Shown: positions 12,687 through 25,196 of the stretch, piece after piece | Position numbering within the stretch: the first letter of the stretch is position 1 | Layout: each line of letters opens with the position of its first letter | DNA from: Asterias rubens | Lineage: Eukaryota | Direction: 5' to 3' | NCBI RefSeq assembly: GCF_902459465.1 | Contig: NC_047074.1 | Span: 6,820,001 to 6,884,000, forward strand | DNA: 64,000 nucleotides | Notes under the pieces: model-generated | Told to the model about the DNA's origin: nothing | What the model saw: only the letters and a program-made list of their open reading frames with translations | The model's database searches: none | Translations under genes and position numbers: made by a program

Positions 12687-13072
12687 TTAAAGGCAGTGGA
12701 CACTATTGGTAATTACTCAAAATAATTATCGGCATAAAACCTCACTTGATAACGAGTAATGGGGAGAGGTTGATAGTATAAAACATTGTGAGAAACGGCT
12801 CCCTCTGAAGTGACGTAGTTTTCGAGAAAGAAGTAATTTTGCACGAGTTTGAGTTCGAGACCTCAAGTTTAGAATTTGAGGTCTCGAAATCAAGCACATG
12901 AAAGCAAACCACTTCGTGTGACAAGGGTGTTTTTTCTTTCATAGTTATCTCGCAACTTCGATGACCAATCAAGCTTTAATTTTCACAAGTTTGTTATTTA
13001 ATGCATATGTTGAGATACACCAAGTGAGAAGACTGGATTTTGACAATTACCAATAGTGTCCATTGTCTTTAA
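12687..13072 (+). mobile_element. MITE family A copy (about 100 bp past the TNF B stop)
   Basis: Full length, TTAA flanks. Confidence 0.85.
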
Positions 13073-13174
13073 CGATGTTGCCTTTACAATGACTATGGCT
13101 ATTATGACGAATCACTGCAGCATGTGTTCTGTGACCAATTGATTGAAGAAACCTTGGTCGGTAACCAGACCTGT

Positions 13175-13388
13175 CTATGGACAACGCCTTAAGTCTGGAT
13201 CTACATCCATACTGCTACTCTTTGACAACAGGAACGCGCCAAAATAACTGCCCGGTCCGTTATCCTTTGTGAAGTAGTGTGAGCCACCTTGTAGAGGGCG
13301 CACTCCAACTCGATCGTTGGCCGCCAAGTAAAATACACCACCGCCATATCCACTATCACCACTCGGTGTCTGCCCAGCATTGGGGGTT
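13175..13388 (-). CDS. TNF ligand B last exon
   Basis: gctgtctacag|A ACC...; TPNAGQTPSGDSGYGGGVFYLAANDRVGVRPLQGGSHYFTKDNGPGSYFGAFLLSKSSSMDVDPDLRRCP*. Confidence 0.92.
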
Positions 13389-16300
13389 CTGTAGACAGCA
13401 ATATGGGGAAATAAATATTATCCATACTGCATCGTTTTATCACTATGCATGGGTATTGTAAAAATTCTATGGAATTTCTTTTTTCCAATCTATGCTAGCA
13501 CCTCATAATCATTACGGTGGCACATTGGTTCATTGTTACTTTAGATCATAGATAGTTTTTACTTTAAATAATTGCACTTGCACTTTTATGGTTACACTTA
13601 CACTTGCAAAGCTCTAGATTCCAGAATAGCGAACTCGTTACCATCGCCACAATCAGGTCTAACCACCACTTCATGGCCTATAAAATTACCTCCTCGTCCC
13701 GCATAGGTGATCTGACTGTACACAAAGTAGTGTCCAGGCAGTTTTATCTGTAATGGTAAACGAAGAATACTTCATCTTATTGACTTATTGCAAATAATCA
13801 AAACAGAACTTACATAATATTGGGAGAAGGCTCTGTAAAAGTGTTGGTAGTTGTTTGCATTTCTTGAAGCTCAGTGTGTCTGATTTTGTTTACTGCTTTA
13901 CACGTGGTTTTGTATAATATAAAAGTAGTAACGGCTTGTAATCCGAACAGTTCAGCTGCACGGTAGTTAAAGGCATTGGTAATTACTCACAATATTTGTT
14001 ATCATAAAACTTACTTGGTATAAAGCAAAGGAGAGCTGTTGATAGTATAAAACATTGTGAGAAACGGCTCTCTCTCTGAAGTAACGTAGTTATGGAGAAG
14101 AAGCTATTTTTCACTTTAATATTTGATTTCGAGAACGCAGAATAAGATGTTGAGGTCACGAAATCAAGCATCTGAAAGCACACAACTTCGTGTGACAAGG
14201 GTGTTTTTCTTCCATTATTATCTCGCAACTTTGATGACCGATTGTGTTCAAATTTTCACATGTTTGTTATTTTGTGCATCAAGTGAGAAGACAGGTATTT
14301 GACAATTGCCATGTTATGGTAGCGTTGTAGTGAGACCTACCTCTATGAATTGGTTGTGCACAAACACCAGGCTCTCGTGTGAGATTCTGCCCAACATTCC
14401 AGTATCACTACTCGTATGAAACGTAAACCAGTTCACTGAAATAGTTACAAAAAAAACATCATCACTAGACAACAATTGTTCCGATCGGTCAAAACGAATC
14501 AGTGCACCTGCCAGGAAAACGTAATTAGTGATAAACACTTTATCTGGTTCCTTTGCGAACCAGTAAAAAAAATACTGGTTTCCATTTGGGCACTGCTTAT
14601 TACATTGTTAAGAACAAACAAATTAACACATTAAGAAGTAAATATACAAATCACATTATAAAAATAACGATTTAGAAGTTGTAAACTAAGCGTAAATATG
14701 TAAGAATCTAAACGGAAAATTAAAAGCAATATAAACAAATAATGAAGAGTACAAAAATCACTAGAGTAAATTTCATAAAAAGAAGGCTTTTAAAAAACAG
14801 ACCAGTTCAAAACAAAATAGACCGGTCCCTGTAATAGACATTCAGGAATTTAAAAAAAGTTGTAATTTAGATGAATGTACAATAATAAAAGGCGGGAACT
14901 GCTGTCAAGAAGTATAAAGCAAATCACAATCTACAGAGTACAAATTAAGCGATTAAGAATAGAAAAGCTCAGTTTTTTCCTCGGACTAACTGGTACCCTT
15001 GCTCACACCGCACGACCCAACCAGTATACACTGTCACATCGCTCAACACCTGTCGTACGACTAATGTGCACAAGTCATCCGCACTCGTACCACTTATCCG
15101 CATGCGGAACCGTGTCCGCATACGGCCTCCGCATTCGGTTGTGCACGGGGGGGGGGGGGTGGTTATACTCATTATACGAACAGTGGTAACCGGTGGGTTT
15201 TTATAGTGGCGGTCTTTTTCGGAGTGAAAGATTCGACTGCCTTGAGCAAGGCTAACTAACTGGCAGATCGTTCCACATTTTGGCAAAGCTTGAGCACAAG
15301 CTTTCTTGAGCACAAGCTTTCTTGAGCCCAAGCTTTCTTGAGCACAAGCTTTCTTGAGCCCAAGCTTTCTTGAGCACAAGCTTTCTTGAGCACAAGCTTT
15401 CTTGAGCACAAGCTTTCTTGACCAACTCTCAGAGTAACATTAACATCTTCCTACCTGTACTTTGTTCCAGATAGTCCTGCTGATTACCGACAACATGAAG
15501 AGAAGGAAGGCCATCCGAGAGAAGCTGATATTAAAACGAACATGACAAGGAGTGCTCATTTAGCTGTTTTGTCTTACATTATTTGTAACATCAAATCTTC
15601 ATCAGCTTCTTTTGTGTGATATGACGGCAAACCGGCACTTAAAAGATTCTCGTCTAATCAGAACTGCCTCTATAGGAACCGGGCAATCTCGGTTGTCTAC
15701 TTGGTAAGACACTGCTCTAGAATTTCAAGAGTTGTGGGTTCGAATCCCACTCGAGATATATGCCTGGGTGTTTTTTTTTACAGGATTTGGGAAAGTGCTA
15801 AGTATACAGTGCTATAACACACATCGGTGTACGGTAAAAACCAAAAACAATATTCTTTATCCCCGATGCAAATTTAACATCTATTATATATAAATATCGT
15901 TGCGGTACCCACTGCCAAAACATATGATTAGAACTGCCTCTATAGCTACCCGGGCAATCTCGGTAGTCTATTAGGTAAGACACTAGAATTGCAAAGGTCT
16001 TGGGTTTAAATCCCACCCGAGTAATATGCCTGTGATTTGCTTTCACAGAGCTCGGGAAAGTACTGAGTATACAGTGCTAACACACACCAGTGTATGGGTT
16101 ACAGCCAAAATTAATATTCTTTATCTCCGATGCAAATTTTAACATATTAATCGCGTATGAACTAACGTTTCATTATGGGTTTAAGCTTTCATTCAAATTA
16201 GAATTCAAAAGCATCGAAAGAGCATGCGGCGTGATACTCTTCTTCTTAATATTTCAGTCTCTCTTCCGATGTTTTGACCTTGTGAATAAATCAGATTTGT

Positions 16301-19300
16301 TTTTACTATAAGGCCTGCAAATTCTACTAAAGCATACACCCCGTTAGTCAGCCTTTGTATACTCAGTGAGACGTTCCTTTCCCCCTTCAAAATCGTACCA
16401 AGTGACAGATTAACTACAAATTATAGTCTATAACTTACCGTATCATAATCGTATGAATACGTATCTGCAGAAATGAAACAGATTTTAAAACAATTCATTA
16501 ATAAAGTACATAATAAAATAGGCTAGAAATACAAATGTGCTCTTCATAGGATGGACGAAGGAACATGTAGCATAAACTGTTTCAAGCCTAGTTGGATAAA
16601 AAAATCCTGTAATGTTGGTATATTGTTGAATTTAAGTGCTGCTAGAATGATTATTACTCAAAATAAAAAAAATATCTATATAAACCTTTCTCATTTTCCG
16701 TATTTACCCCGCCCCCTATCTCCTCGAAAAGCCAAACTTTCCAGGAAGTCCGGCTGGGGTTGGGGGCGGGGGGGGGGGGTATCCTTGATGTCGAACCGTA
16801 AGGTGGCCAACCACCAAGCCGGGTGGTTGCGCAAGCCCACGGGGTCATGGTCTTTGTGGACGCAAAGGGGATTGAGGGTCCAAACATAATCTTACCTGAT
16901 GAGCCACCGACTTGCGCTTGTCTCCTTGATCGCTGTCTTGTATTTAAGTTCACATTGGAATCCTATATTGAAATAAGAACAAGATTAATATTGGACTCAA
17001 GTTCGGACGTCTGAAACAGTCGCCCTTGTTATTGTACACATCTATATAACACAATCATTCTACGGGCATATCTTTGAAGAATGCTTAGATTAATTGGAAT
17101 TTTTGAGTTTTAAGGCCTGTAATGTAAACCATTTGGTGCTTATTTTTGCTATGATACAATATCTGAAAACAACTAAATTACAGCCTCGTATCCATTAGGC
17201 CTATTACGTTTGCATATCCAGTGCTCAGACGGCGTTTCGTCCCAAAAGGGCAGATCTGTCAGGATGGAGCATGCGAGTGTTAACGTCCGGGGAAAATTCT
17301 GCATTCTAACGGTGCAATCTTAAGCCAGTTTATAAAGGCCTATTAACGAAACAGAACACATGCCTTCGAAATTTGAGCAGAAGAATTTTGGCCTTTTGGA
17401 TTTTGGAAAAAATATGTCTAATTGATAGCTTGCAATGTTTGTATACGCAAGGTTTACTGAAAAAGAAAATCTTTAATCACTTTAAAAAAGGAACGAAAGG
17501 ACGGTGACAAATTTGTGTCTGTATTCGCTATTAATAATACCATGTGCTATATTAATAAGGATAAGGACAATCAAATGTAATTCAAAGTTTTGTTTCGTTC
17601 TAATCGTACTTTACAGAGGCTACTCAATCTGTATTAGTTGTCTTCTTCTAACACACCTAATTAATTACTCCTCTCTAATGTAGGTTTTCCCGTTCAATTT
17701 CGGAAAATGAGCGGCCAATTTAACCACCAGCCTCTTCTATTTCGCACGAAATCGAATGCCACTGAAAAGGGTAATTCGATTACTTTTTAAGACTAGTCAA
17801 AGGTACTTTTACGTCATTCGGTTTAACAAAATAATCATTCAATTTAACCATTCATCGAAGCTGCATTCAAATTCGCAGCATTTTTTTGAGGCGTGCGTTT
17901 AGTCATTCAATTTCATTTTGGGCAGTCAATCCTGGAATGTGTGCAATCTTTAAAACGCTTGGTTAACTTTTTGTTTCCTTACGAATGTTAAAGGCATGCG
18001 GATAATTTTTTTGGCACCCTTGAACATATAGGTTTTCTCGGTCAATTTCGGAAAATGAGCAGCCAATTTAACCACCAGCCTGTTCTATTTCGCACGAAAT
18101 CGAATGCTACTAAAAAAGGGTCATTCGATTTCATTTTAAGACTAGTCAAAGCTACTTTTACGTCATTCGATTTAACAAATAATCATTCAATTTAACAATT
18201 CATCGAAGCTGCATTCAAATTCATAGGAATGTTTTTGAGGCGTGTGTTTAGTCATTCAATTTCATTTTGAGGCAGTCAATTCTGATAGTTGTGCAGTCTT
18301 AAAAACGCTTGATTAACTTGTTGTTTCCTTATACGAATGTTAAAGGCATGCGGTTAATGTTTTGGCACTCTTGAACATAATATGCCAAGATGTCTGGGCA
18401 CGCCAACAGATGGTTGGTGAATATTTACCAAAAACAACAACTGGAAAAACATTCAAACCCCCCCCCCAAAAAAAAAAAAAAAAAACCAAAACAAAAAACC
18501 ATTCAAACACATTCAAATGTCAGGTCTTGGTCAGTTAACCATTGATGGTCTCCCGAAAAAAATAAAGAAGAAAACAACCCTTATGGGGCCCAAGGTAAAG
18601 TCTACTGGAAACATAAAATAAAGAAAATAAATTTTAATTTTTTTAAAGATTGATTGTTCAACTCGACTTCGCCTTTTTGAAGGGAGCATTCCATCTTGAA
18701 CCTGTGAAGGTACGAAACGGTTTGCCTCATACAGTTTTTCTGTTTACTCATATTTCTTTAGTCGTACTTATTTGAATCCCCGGTGAGCGAAATTGACTGC
18801 CTCTTTACGAAATTGAAAATGATTTAATCAGCAAAATCTCTAGTCGAACCAGCTTTGCGAAATTGAATGATGATTGTGTGTCATGAAAAAAAAATGAGTG
18901 TGCTAGGAACTTGAATGCCTCAAAACGAAATTGAATGACCGAATTCTGAATTTGAAACGCAGTAAAAACCGATAACTATGAGGCGAGCTTTATGAACTTT
19001 TACTTAAATTGCCATAACGATTAAATATTGATGCCCATGCGGGACACAGTACAAAACTTTAGCTTTATGATGAAATTTGTCAAAAACAGGAAGGGGGGGG
19101 GGGGGCGAGGGGAACATAATGTCCCAACTCTTCACCCCCACCTTTTTGGGGGACCGGGGGTGGGGGATCTGTCAACGATGGAACATCCAGACGTGAAGTT
19201 TTTCCGAAAATTGTGCACTTTAGATGCACTGTGTGGTGCAATCTTATGCCAATTTGAGGGGGGACATTTGATATTGTGGTGTCCCATCACCCAACAGTTG

Positions 19301-19855
19301 GTGGGGGATCATCCCCCTGTGCCCCCCCCCCCCCTCGATTGACGCCCATGATAAGTAACCTTCGAATACAGAGGTGGTGGCGGACTACCCAGGGCTGCTT
19401 TATTCTCGCTCCTGTCCAGCATGCACAGCACAGCCAATATTTTACGTGTAGGACCTACTTATTTAAAGTTGATGATGGAAATTATCTTACCCATTTTAAA
19501 GCCACCGGTGAACATACCGTAAAGAAAATCAAATGTAACTTACTTGAATAATTTCATCTTCTGCTTGTTGGGTTGGCTTATGTTGATCATCACGCCAATC
19601 GATACCTCCCATCCGTGTGTTCTCATTATGCAACCGGGCAAGATCATACCTGAGTTGAACTACTTGTACGATTAACCAAATAACGGCTGTAAAGGAAACT
19701 ACGTGAAGGAGAAGACTCGTGTATGATATTTGAAGTCGGCTCGCTTGTGTGTGTTTCGAATCTTCAACATGTCCGTTGGTAGTCTTCTCTCCAGTTGCTG
19801 TATCTTCAGGTACATAACATGCTTCCACATTGCCATTGATGTAAGATGATGCCAT
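13175..19855 (-). CDS. TNF superfamily ligand B (conventional TRAIL/RANKL/CD40L/FasL-like class), type II membrane, 318 aa. Exons 19855-19544, 16962-16896, 16464-16439, 15479-15455, 14507-14341, 13747-13602, 13388-13175
   Basis: Seven GT-AG exons total 957 nt in one frame. TM segment (SLLLHVVSFTAVIWLIVQVV), coiled coil, furin site RQRSRR, TNF motifs VNW, IKLPGHYFVYSQITY, SGYGGGVFYLAANDRVGV, SYFGAFLL. Confidence 0.88.
13602..13747 (-). CDS. TNF ligand B exon 6
   Basis: ccattacag|ATA...CAAGT|gtaagt; IKLPGHYFVYSQITYAGRGGNFIGHEVVVRPDCGDGNEFAILESRALQV. Confidence 0.92.
13967..14310 (+). mobile_element. MITE family A copy
   Basis: Family sequence, degenerate ends. Confidence 0.8.
14341..14507 (-). 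CDS. TNF ligand B exon 5 (strand A to B)
   Basis: ctaattacgttttcctggcag|GT...GAG|gtaggt; GALIRFDRSEQ...VNWFTF...LVFVHNQFIE. An in-frame alternative acceptor lies at 14435. Confidence 0.75.
15287..15421 (+). repeat. Tandem 16-bp repeat (cttgagcacaagcttt), about 8 copies
   Basis: Directly visible; explains the LKKACAQE-type repeat in ORF 14969..15409. Confidence 0.9.
15455..15479 (-). CDS. TNF ligand B 25-nt micro-exon
   Basis: taatcag|CAG...ACAG|gtagga; QDYLEQST; phase 0 to 1 restores the frame. Confidence 0.65.
15655..16150 (+). mobile_element. Two tandem copies of a tRNA-derived SINE (about 15655-15900 and 15925-16150); third copy about 37500-37620
   Basis: A box (gtctacttggtaagac) and B box (ggttcgaatccc) followed by a shared non-tRNA body. 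Confidence 0.75.
16439..16464 (-). CDS. TNF ligand B 26-nt micro-exon
   Basis: tttcatttctgcag|AT...ACG|gtaagt; DTYSYDYDT; phase 1 to 0. Confidence 0.75.
16896..16962 (-). CDS. TNF ligand B exon 2 (furin site)
   Basis: tatttcaatatag|GAT...TCAG|gtaaga; DSNVNLNTRQRSRRQAQVGGSS. Confidence 0.8.
17681..18380 (+). repeat. Tandem duplication of an approximately 350-bp element
   Basis: taggttttccc...ggcacccttgaacata repeated (about 17681-18030 and 18029-18380). Confidence 0.85.
19544..19855 (-). CDS. TNF ligand B exon 1 (cytoplasmic tail, TM, coiled coil)
   Basis: catcATGG start; ends CAA|gtaagt; matches ORF track 19529..19855. Confidence 0.85.
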
Positions 19856-20101
19856 GATGCTTTTTAAAGATGTCTATCGAGTGAAGGCTGCTAGGAATAA
19901 TACTGTCATGAGAATTGTTCCACCAAATATATAGGCCTACGCTCAAGATGTGAAAACGATTTTAACATCTCTAAATGAAATGTGCGTGTTTCCAAAAAAA
20001 GATTTGAGATTACAAAATATGGTAATCTCTGAGAGAGAAAGTGACTTTGCTTTGATATGAAGTAATTTACACAGAGCGAAGTTCCATTGGATGTAAGATA
20101 C

Positions 20102-20113
20102 GGGGAATTACCC
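20102..20113. promoter_or_regulatory. kB-like site upstream of TNF ligand B
   Basis: GGGGAATTACCC, one mismatch to GGGRNWYYCC, about 250 bp upstream of the ATG. Confidence 0.35.
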
Positions 20114-21099
20114 GATTTGCGGCAGAGCATGTTCCAATGCGCGTTAAGCAATCGATACTAAACTGATGTGCTGCCGAGTCGCTACATCAAGATTGCACAT
20201 GCACTGGGTCGAGTTGACAACCAGCACGGGACATGAACACATCAGATTCAACACACCATAATGGGAGGAGCGACTATTGTACACAAATGGCCCCGTATTA
20301 TGAATAACGTATACTACGGAGTAATTCTGAGCAACGATGTAATTCACTGAAAAATAAACATCAAATTGATATGTTCCCCGGTTTTCTAATAAACTTACAA
20401 GGGCTTATTTTGAGATGTGATAAGCTCGTTATCTTATGTTGCCAGTTTTTTTTTGATCTGCTATTTTAGTTGTCAATCTTTATTATGTATACAATGTATA
20501 ATCAAAGGCATATGTTTGTCGATAAATTGAATAGTATCGTCATTTTTATATATTTTTTTCTCTTGATGTGGAGTTATACTACTCCGTTTATTCAACAACA
20601 AACATCAGCAACAACATACATCAATAAAACAAGACTAATAAATACTGCTATTAAATAACAGATACAATGAGCTACAGGAGGTAATACAAAGGTATTTATT
20701 CTTTTATTTATTCATTTATGTAATTTATCTCCAGTGATAACTATGTACAATCATCTTCCATAACTTTAACAGAGATACACATAGATCAATACATACAAAA
20801 TGATAATTAAAATTACAATGAACAAATGGTGATATTACATACCAAACAACACGAACATCAACACACGATAAAAAAAGTAAATTTAAGTACATCGTAGAAA
20901 ACGATTAACTTAAGACGACAGTAAAAGGACAGTAACTGTTAATTTATTTATTTATTTTTCTCTTTTTAAAATATTTTTTTTGATCATTTCTATTTTTGTA
21001 TTTATTTATATACAAATATACTTTTTAAAATAATTATAATTTTTTAGGAGTAGGCTGATTGATGTATCGAACCATTCCATTTTGTTAATTTGTTCGATT

Positions 21100-21450
21100 T
21101 TTTTTAAGCCAAGGGTTCATGACCTCCAATGGTTAACGCCACTGTAGAGACTATAGGAAAAAATACAATAATTATTAATAGTGTCCAGTGCCTTTTATAG
21201 TTAACCAACCTTAAACTGTCCGCTTCTCGACTCATTTATGAGACGATGTCCAGCAACAAATACAACAGTGTTTGAAAGTTCGAGCACCTGTAATGGCGAT
21301 GTTATTATCAGGGACTGTGTTGGTTTCTGCTTTATCCAAATTCGAACGTTCTTCCGTAATCGCATAAATTTCCACAAGCAACGCTGTAGTCTTGACCAAA
21401 ATATTGAGTTTTAGAAAATATTAAAAGCATTGCACTCGTGTTGTGTAATA
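21100..21450 (-). mobile_element. Degenerate LINE (CR1/L2-like) 3' remnant
   Basis: Broken frames with FSYS...W-like end-of-RT motifs and an A-rich tail further left. Weak. Confidence 0.3.
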
Positions 21451-22038
21451 GAGCCGTGTATACAGCTAGTATAGGATGTGATTGCAAACAAATTCATAGA
21501 CCAATAACATCGATGTTTTATTTATTTGAATTTCCTCTTGCATCATGTGGTTAATCTAATACTGTACGAAAGTCCTATCTAGAAAAGGAAGGACTAGACA
21601 CTGCAACGCAATAGTCTTCGCCATAATACTAAATAAGACACGGCACTAGTTTTGTAAAGGAAATCATTTATCTATGTTCATGGTGATGTAATTTTCTGCT
21701 TTAGGTCGCAAACAATTTCGCAATATTTCACATGGCTAATGATGGTACAGCAATGTCAAGGAAGAGCTGTGCGATGCTTCTATAGCTGCGGTCAAAATTA
21801 CGACCATTTGGCTGCTATAATACAAGTTCGTATTATAAGTATTGTATATATAGAGATAGTGTTTCATTTTGTATTATTTACGAGTGATGTCGTTTTTTAA
21901 GGTGTATACCGGTTTAGAGACTGACGGTTGCAAAAATGAGTATGACGATTGCAAATTTAATTTCAAGACCTCTGCAAGATTGTTATCATACCTTGCTTAT
22001 TTATTTTGTTCACAGGTCCGGACAAATGATAATTTTTT

Positions 22039-22344
22039 TTCAAAGACACTGGACACTACTGGTAATTGTCAAAGACCTGCTTGGTGTATCTCAACGTATG
22101 CATAAATTAATAAACCTATGAACATTTGAGCCCAATTTGGTCGTCGAAGTTGCGAGATAATAATGAAAGAAAAAAAAAATCTAATTATGAGGTCTCGAAA
22201 TCAAATTCGTTGAAAATTACTTCTTTCTAGGAAACCACGTTACTTCAGAAGGAGCCGTGTCTCACAATGTTTTATACTACCAACCTCTCCCCATTACTCG
22301 TTACCAAGTAAGGTTTTATGCTAATAATTATTTTGAGTAATAAC
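22039..22344 (-). mobile_element. MITE family A copy, internal deletion
   Basis: Family sequence. Confidence 0.8.
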
Positions 22345-23451
22345 CAATAGTGTCCACTGCCTTAGAAGTAATGCACGAAAATGGAACAAGATGTAGCTAC
22401 AGACCACTGTTGAGACCACTTTCCGCATATGCAACCTGGTTTATGATCTGATAATACTGCCATACAGTATAGGCCTAGGCCTATTGATGACATTGGGTAT
22501 TGTCTGCACTGTTCTAGTACATAGACCTTTACGTCTCATTTCAACCCGAGTCACCCATCTGGATATTTGATATTAATAATAATGACATTTGCCCGGAGCA
22601 CCCCTCAACCACTTCGTGTTATTTTGTGGGTGTGCAGCTCTTTTTGTAAGCAAATCTAGTGCATGAAAAAACACAGGTGCTGTCCCTGGGTGCTGTCCCT
22701 ATTTAAATAGGGAATATTAAAATAGGGACTGTCCCGGTTTCGAGTGGCCGCGTATACATAATGGTTGTAATGTCTGGCCTTGAAATGACATGTTGATAAG
22801 CTCAAGCCAAAAGGTTGGCAACCTATTTACTTAGGATAATAAAAAAAAGGCTCAGAGAAAATCACAACAAAGCCCAAACAAAAAACATAATTCATAAATA
22901 CCTCAGACAGTTTCGCTATTCCTATTGGTGGAAAGCGCGTCACGTGGGTGTGTATAAACCTTTGTTTATAACCAGTAAAAAGTGTTGAAACATGGGCGTG
23001 ACACGCGAGCTTGCACCTGTGCTTATAAGACAGTTTCTTCATTCCTATTGGTCGAGAGCAACGGCTGAAACAGTTGTGCCACATTACGCGATACGCGCGA
23101 CGCGCACAGCAATCTCCTTATAAGGAGTTGTTTACCCGAGGGCCTTACCATTTCATAGCTGGAGGTGTTGTGTTGAAAGAAATCATTGAACAATTCCCGC
23201 CAAAGCCTGGTTCTTGATAGTTTACCTCGCCTTCGTCTCGGTACAATAATCAAGAACCAGGCCTCGTTGGGATTAAACCACTAGTTGAAAACTTCTTCAC
23301 CACACATTGATTCCCTTATTTACTACCAATTAATGCCATGAAAATAACAGTAAAAACTGACAGAAGATGGACAGGGTTGTGTTTTAATTTAGAAAACTAA
23401 TTTGTTTATCTCAAAATATCGACTTAAATGTACTTAACACTATAAGTATAA

Positions 23452-23790
23452 AATTATTACTCAAAATAATGATTAGCAAAACCTTATACTTGGTAACGAG
23501 TAATGGAGAGTTGTTGGTAGTATAAAACCTTGTGAGAAACGGTCCTCCCTTAAAAGTGACGTAGTTTTCGAGAAAGAAATAATTTTCCACGAATTTCGTT
23601 TCGAGACCTCAGAGTTAAATGTTGAGGTCCCGAAAACGAAGCATCTGAAAGCGCACAACGTCGTGTGACAAGGGTGTTTTTCTCCCATTATTATCTCGCA
23701 ACTTCGACGACCAATTGAGTTCAAATTTGCACAGTTTTTGTTTTTTGCATGTTGAGATACACATAGTGAGATGACTGGTCTTTGACATCT
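23452..23790 (+). mobile_element. MITE family A copy (partial)
   Basis: Family sequence. Confidence 0.75.
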
Positions 23791-24339
23791 ACATGAAAAT
23801 ACGTTTTTACAGGCAATACAATATTCGTTTCACGATCACTGAGACGAAAACTATTTTCAAGACATTGTTTTACTCATTTATCAAAAACTACAGCACCTCA
23901 GCACGTAATATTTTCAGGGAAGCTAATCATAATCTTCAAACTGTGTAGGTTTGATGTAAATAATATGTGTGTTTTCTGTCCTACAAAAAGTACCCAGACC
24001 CTATAACCAAGGTGGATATAATAGTATAGAAATATTGGCTTTTACAAGTAGGCTGGTTTAGACAAGTGACCCCTGGAGTGTTTTATTTTCCCGAAGCTGG
24101 GGAAAAACTTTACTCTTGGAAAGGGGACTACCAAGATTTCTCCACATTTCAAGTTCCCGGCCACCATTAAGATCTTATAGGAGGAGGTGAGAGTTGACCA
24201 GGAGCAGGTCGATGAAACACTTTTGTTTCGTCAATGTTGAGAGACAGCCCCTGACGTTGGGACAAGGATGGGTTTATTTAATGTTACATTTTGTGAAACC
24301 CCTTTAATAACATTTTGTACATTGTGCTTGACAAACGTA

Positions 24340-24820
24340 TTTTCAATAAAAAAATCTCATGAAGAAGCTGGAAATACCTTTATTTTCAGCTTCAAATTAT
24401 TTAGCTAGAGTCGGACAACTTCGCGATCTCCCTTATCTCAGCCCGACTTCACGCCGTGCACAGCGCAAAATCCACGGCGCGTGAGCTAGCTCAAGTCTCA
24501 GCTAGAGTCGGACAACTTCGCGATCTCCCGTATCACAGCCCAACTTCACGCCGTGCACAGCGCAAAAGCTCAAGCCTCAGTAATTTACGTAGTCTAACCA
24601 TACTCTAAATTGTAGTAGAACACTGGAAAATCTAACAGTAAATGTGATTTCGATCAATGTCACAACATTCAACTTCATACAAAGAGCTTCGTGTTTAGTT
24701 AAAAGTGTTATTTATCGAAAATGCAGCAGATTATGATCCATCGGTACGAGTCTTCCCATGTCTTTACTGTGTATTTGTGACTTCTCTACCCAATATAGGT
24801 CACGTGATCACATGTGAACA
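24340..24820 (+). mobile_element. Dispersed repeat G with an approximately 93-bp internal tandem duplication; copies at 30330-30660 (-) and 30803-31145 (+)
   Basis: agctagagtcggacaacttcgcgatctccc occurs twice; shared tail ggtacgagtcttcccatgtctttactgtgta. Confidence 0.75.
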
Positions 24821-25066
24821 TTGGTAGTTGCAAGGAAGGAAAAAACACCCCTGTTGTACAAAGTAGTGTGCTTTCAGATAGGAATAAAAGGCTTCTGGCC
24901 AGAATTCTTTTATTATTTTAGTGAGAAATTACTTCTTTCTAAAAAAACTATACGTTACTTCAGAGGGAGTCGTTTCTCACAATATGTTATACTATCAACA
25001 ACTCTCTGTTGCTCGTTACCAAGTACATTTTTGAGTAATTATTACCAAACGTGTACAGGTCATTTA
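24820..25066 (-). mobile_element. MITE family A variant subfamily (partial)
   Basis: Variant core ggaataaaaggcttctggccagaa. Confidence 0.7.
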
Positions 25067-25196
25067 AGTGTCACTTAATGTTGCCAGGATACCACTATTA
25101 CTTCAGTACGATAAGCCATGTACAAATGTTGCATGCACATGTAGTTTGTGTACATTGTCCATGACATTTGAGAATTTGTTTTTGTATGTTTTAAAC

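Noticed and set aside
15680-15755. tRNA-like sequences (also about 42845-42925 and 48970-49045)
   Set aside because: Stems are imperfect and each continues into a shared SINE body, so these are SINE heads rather than tRNA genes.
19700-19735. ITIM-like ISYTSL in TNF ligand B
   Set aside because: It sits at the start of the predicted transmembrane helix, so it is unlikely to be accessible to SH2 domains.
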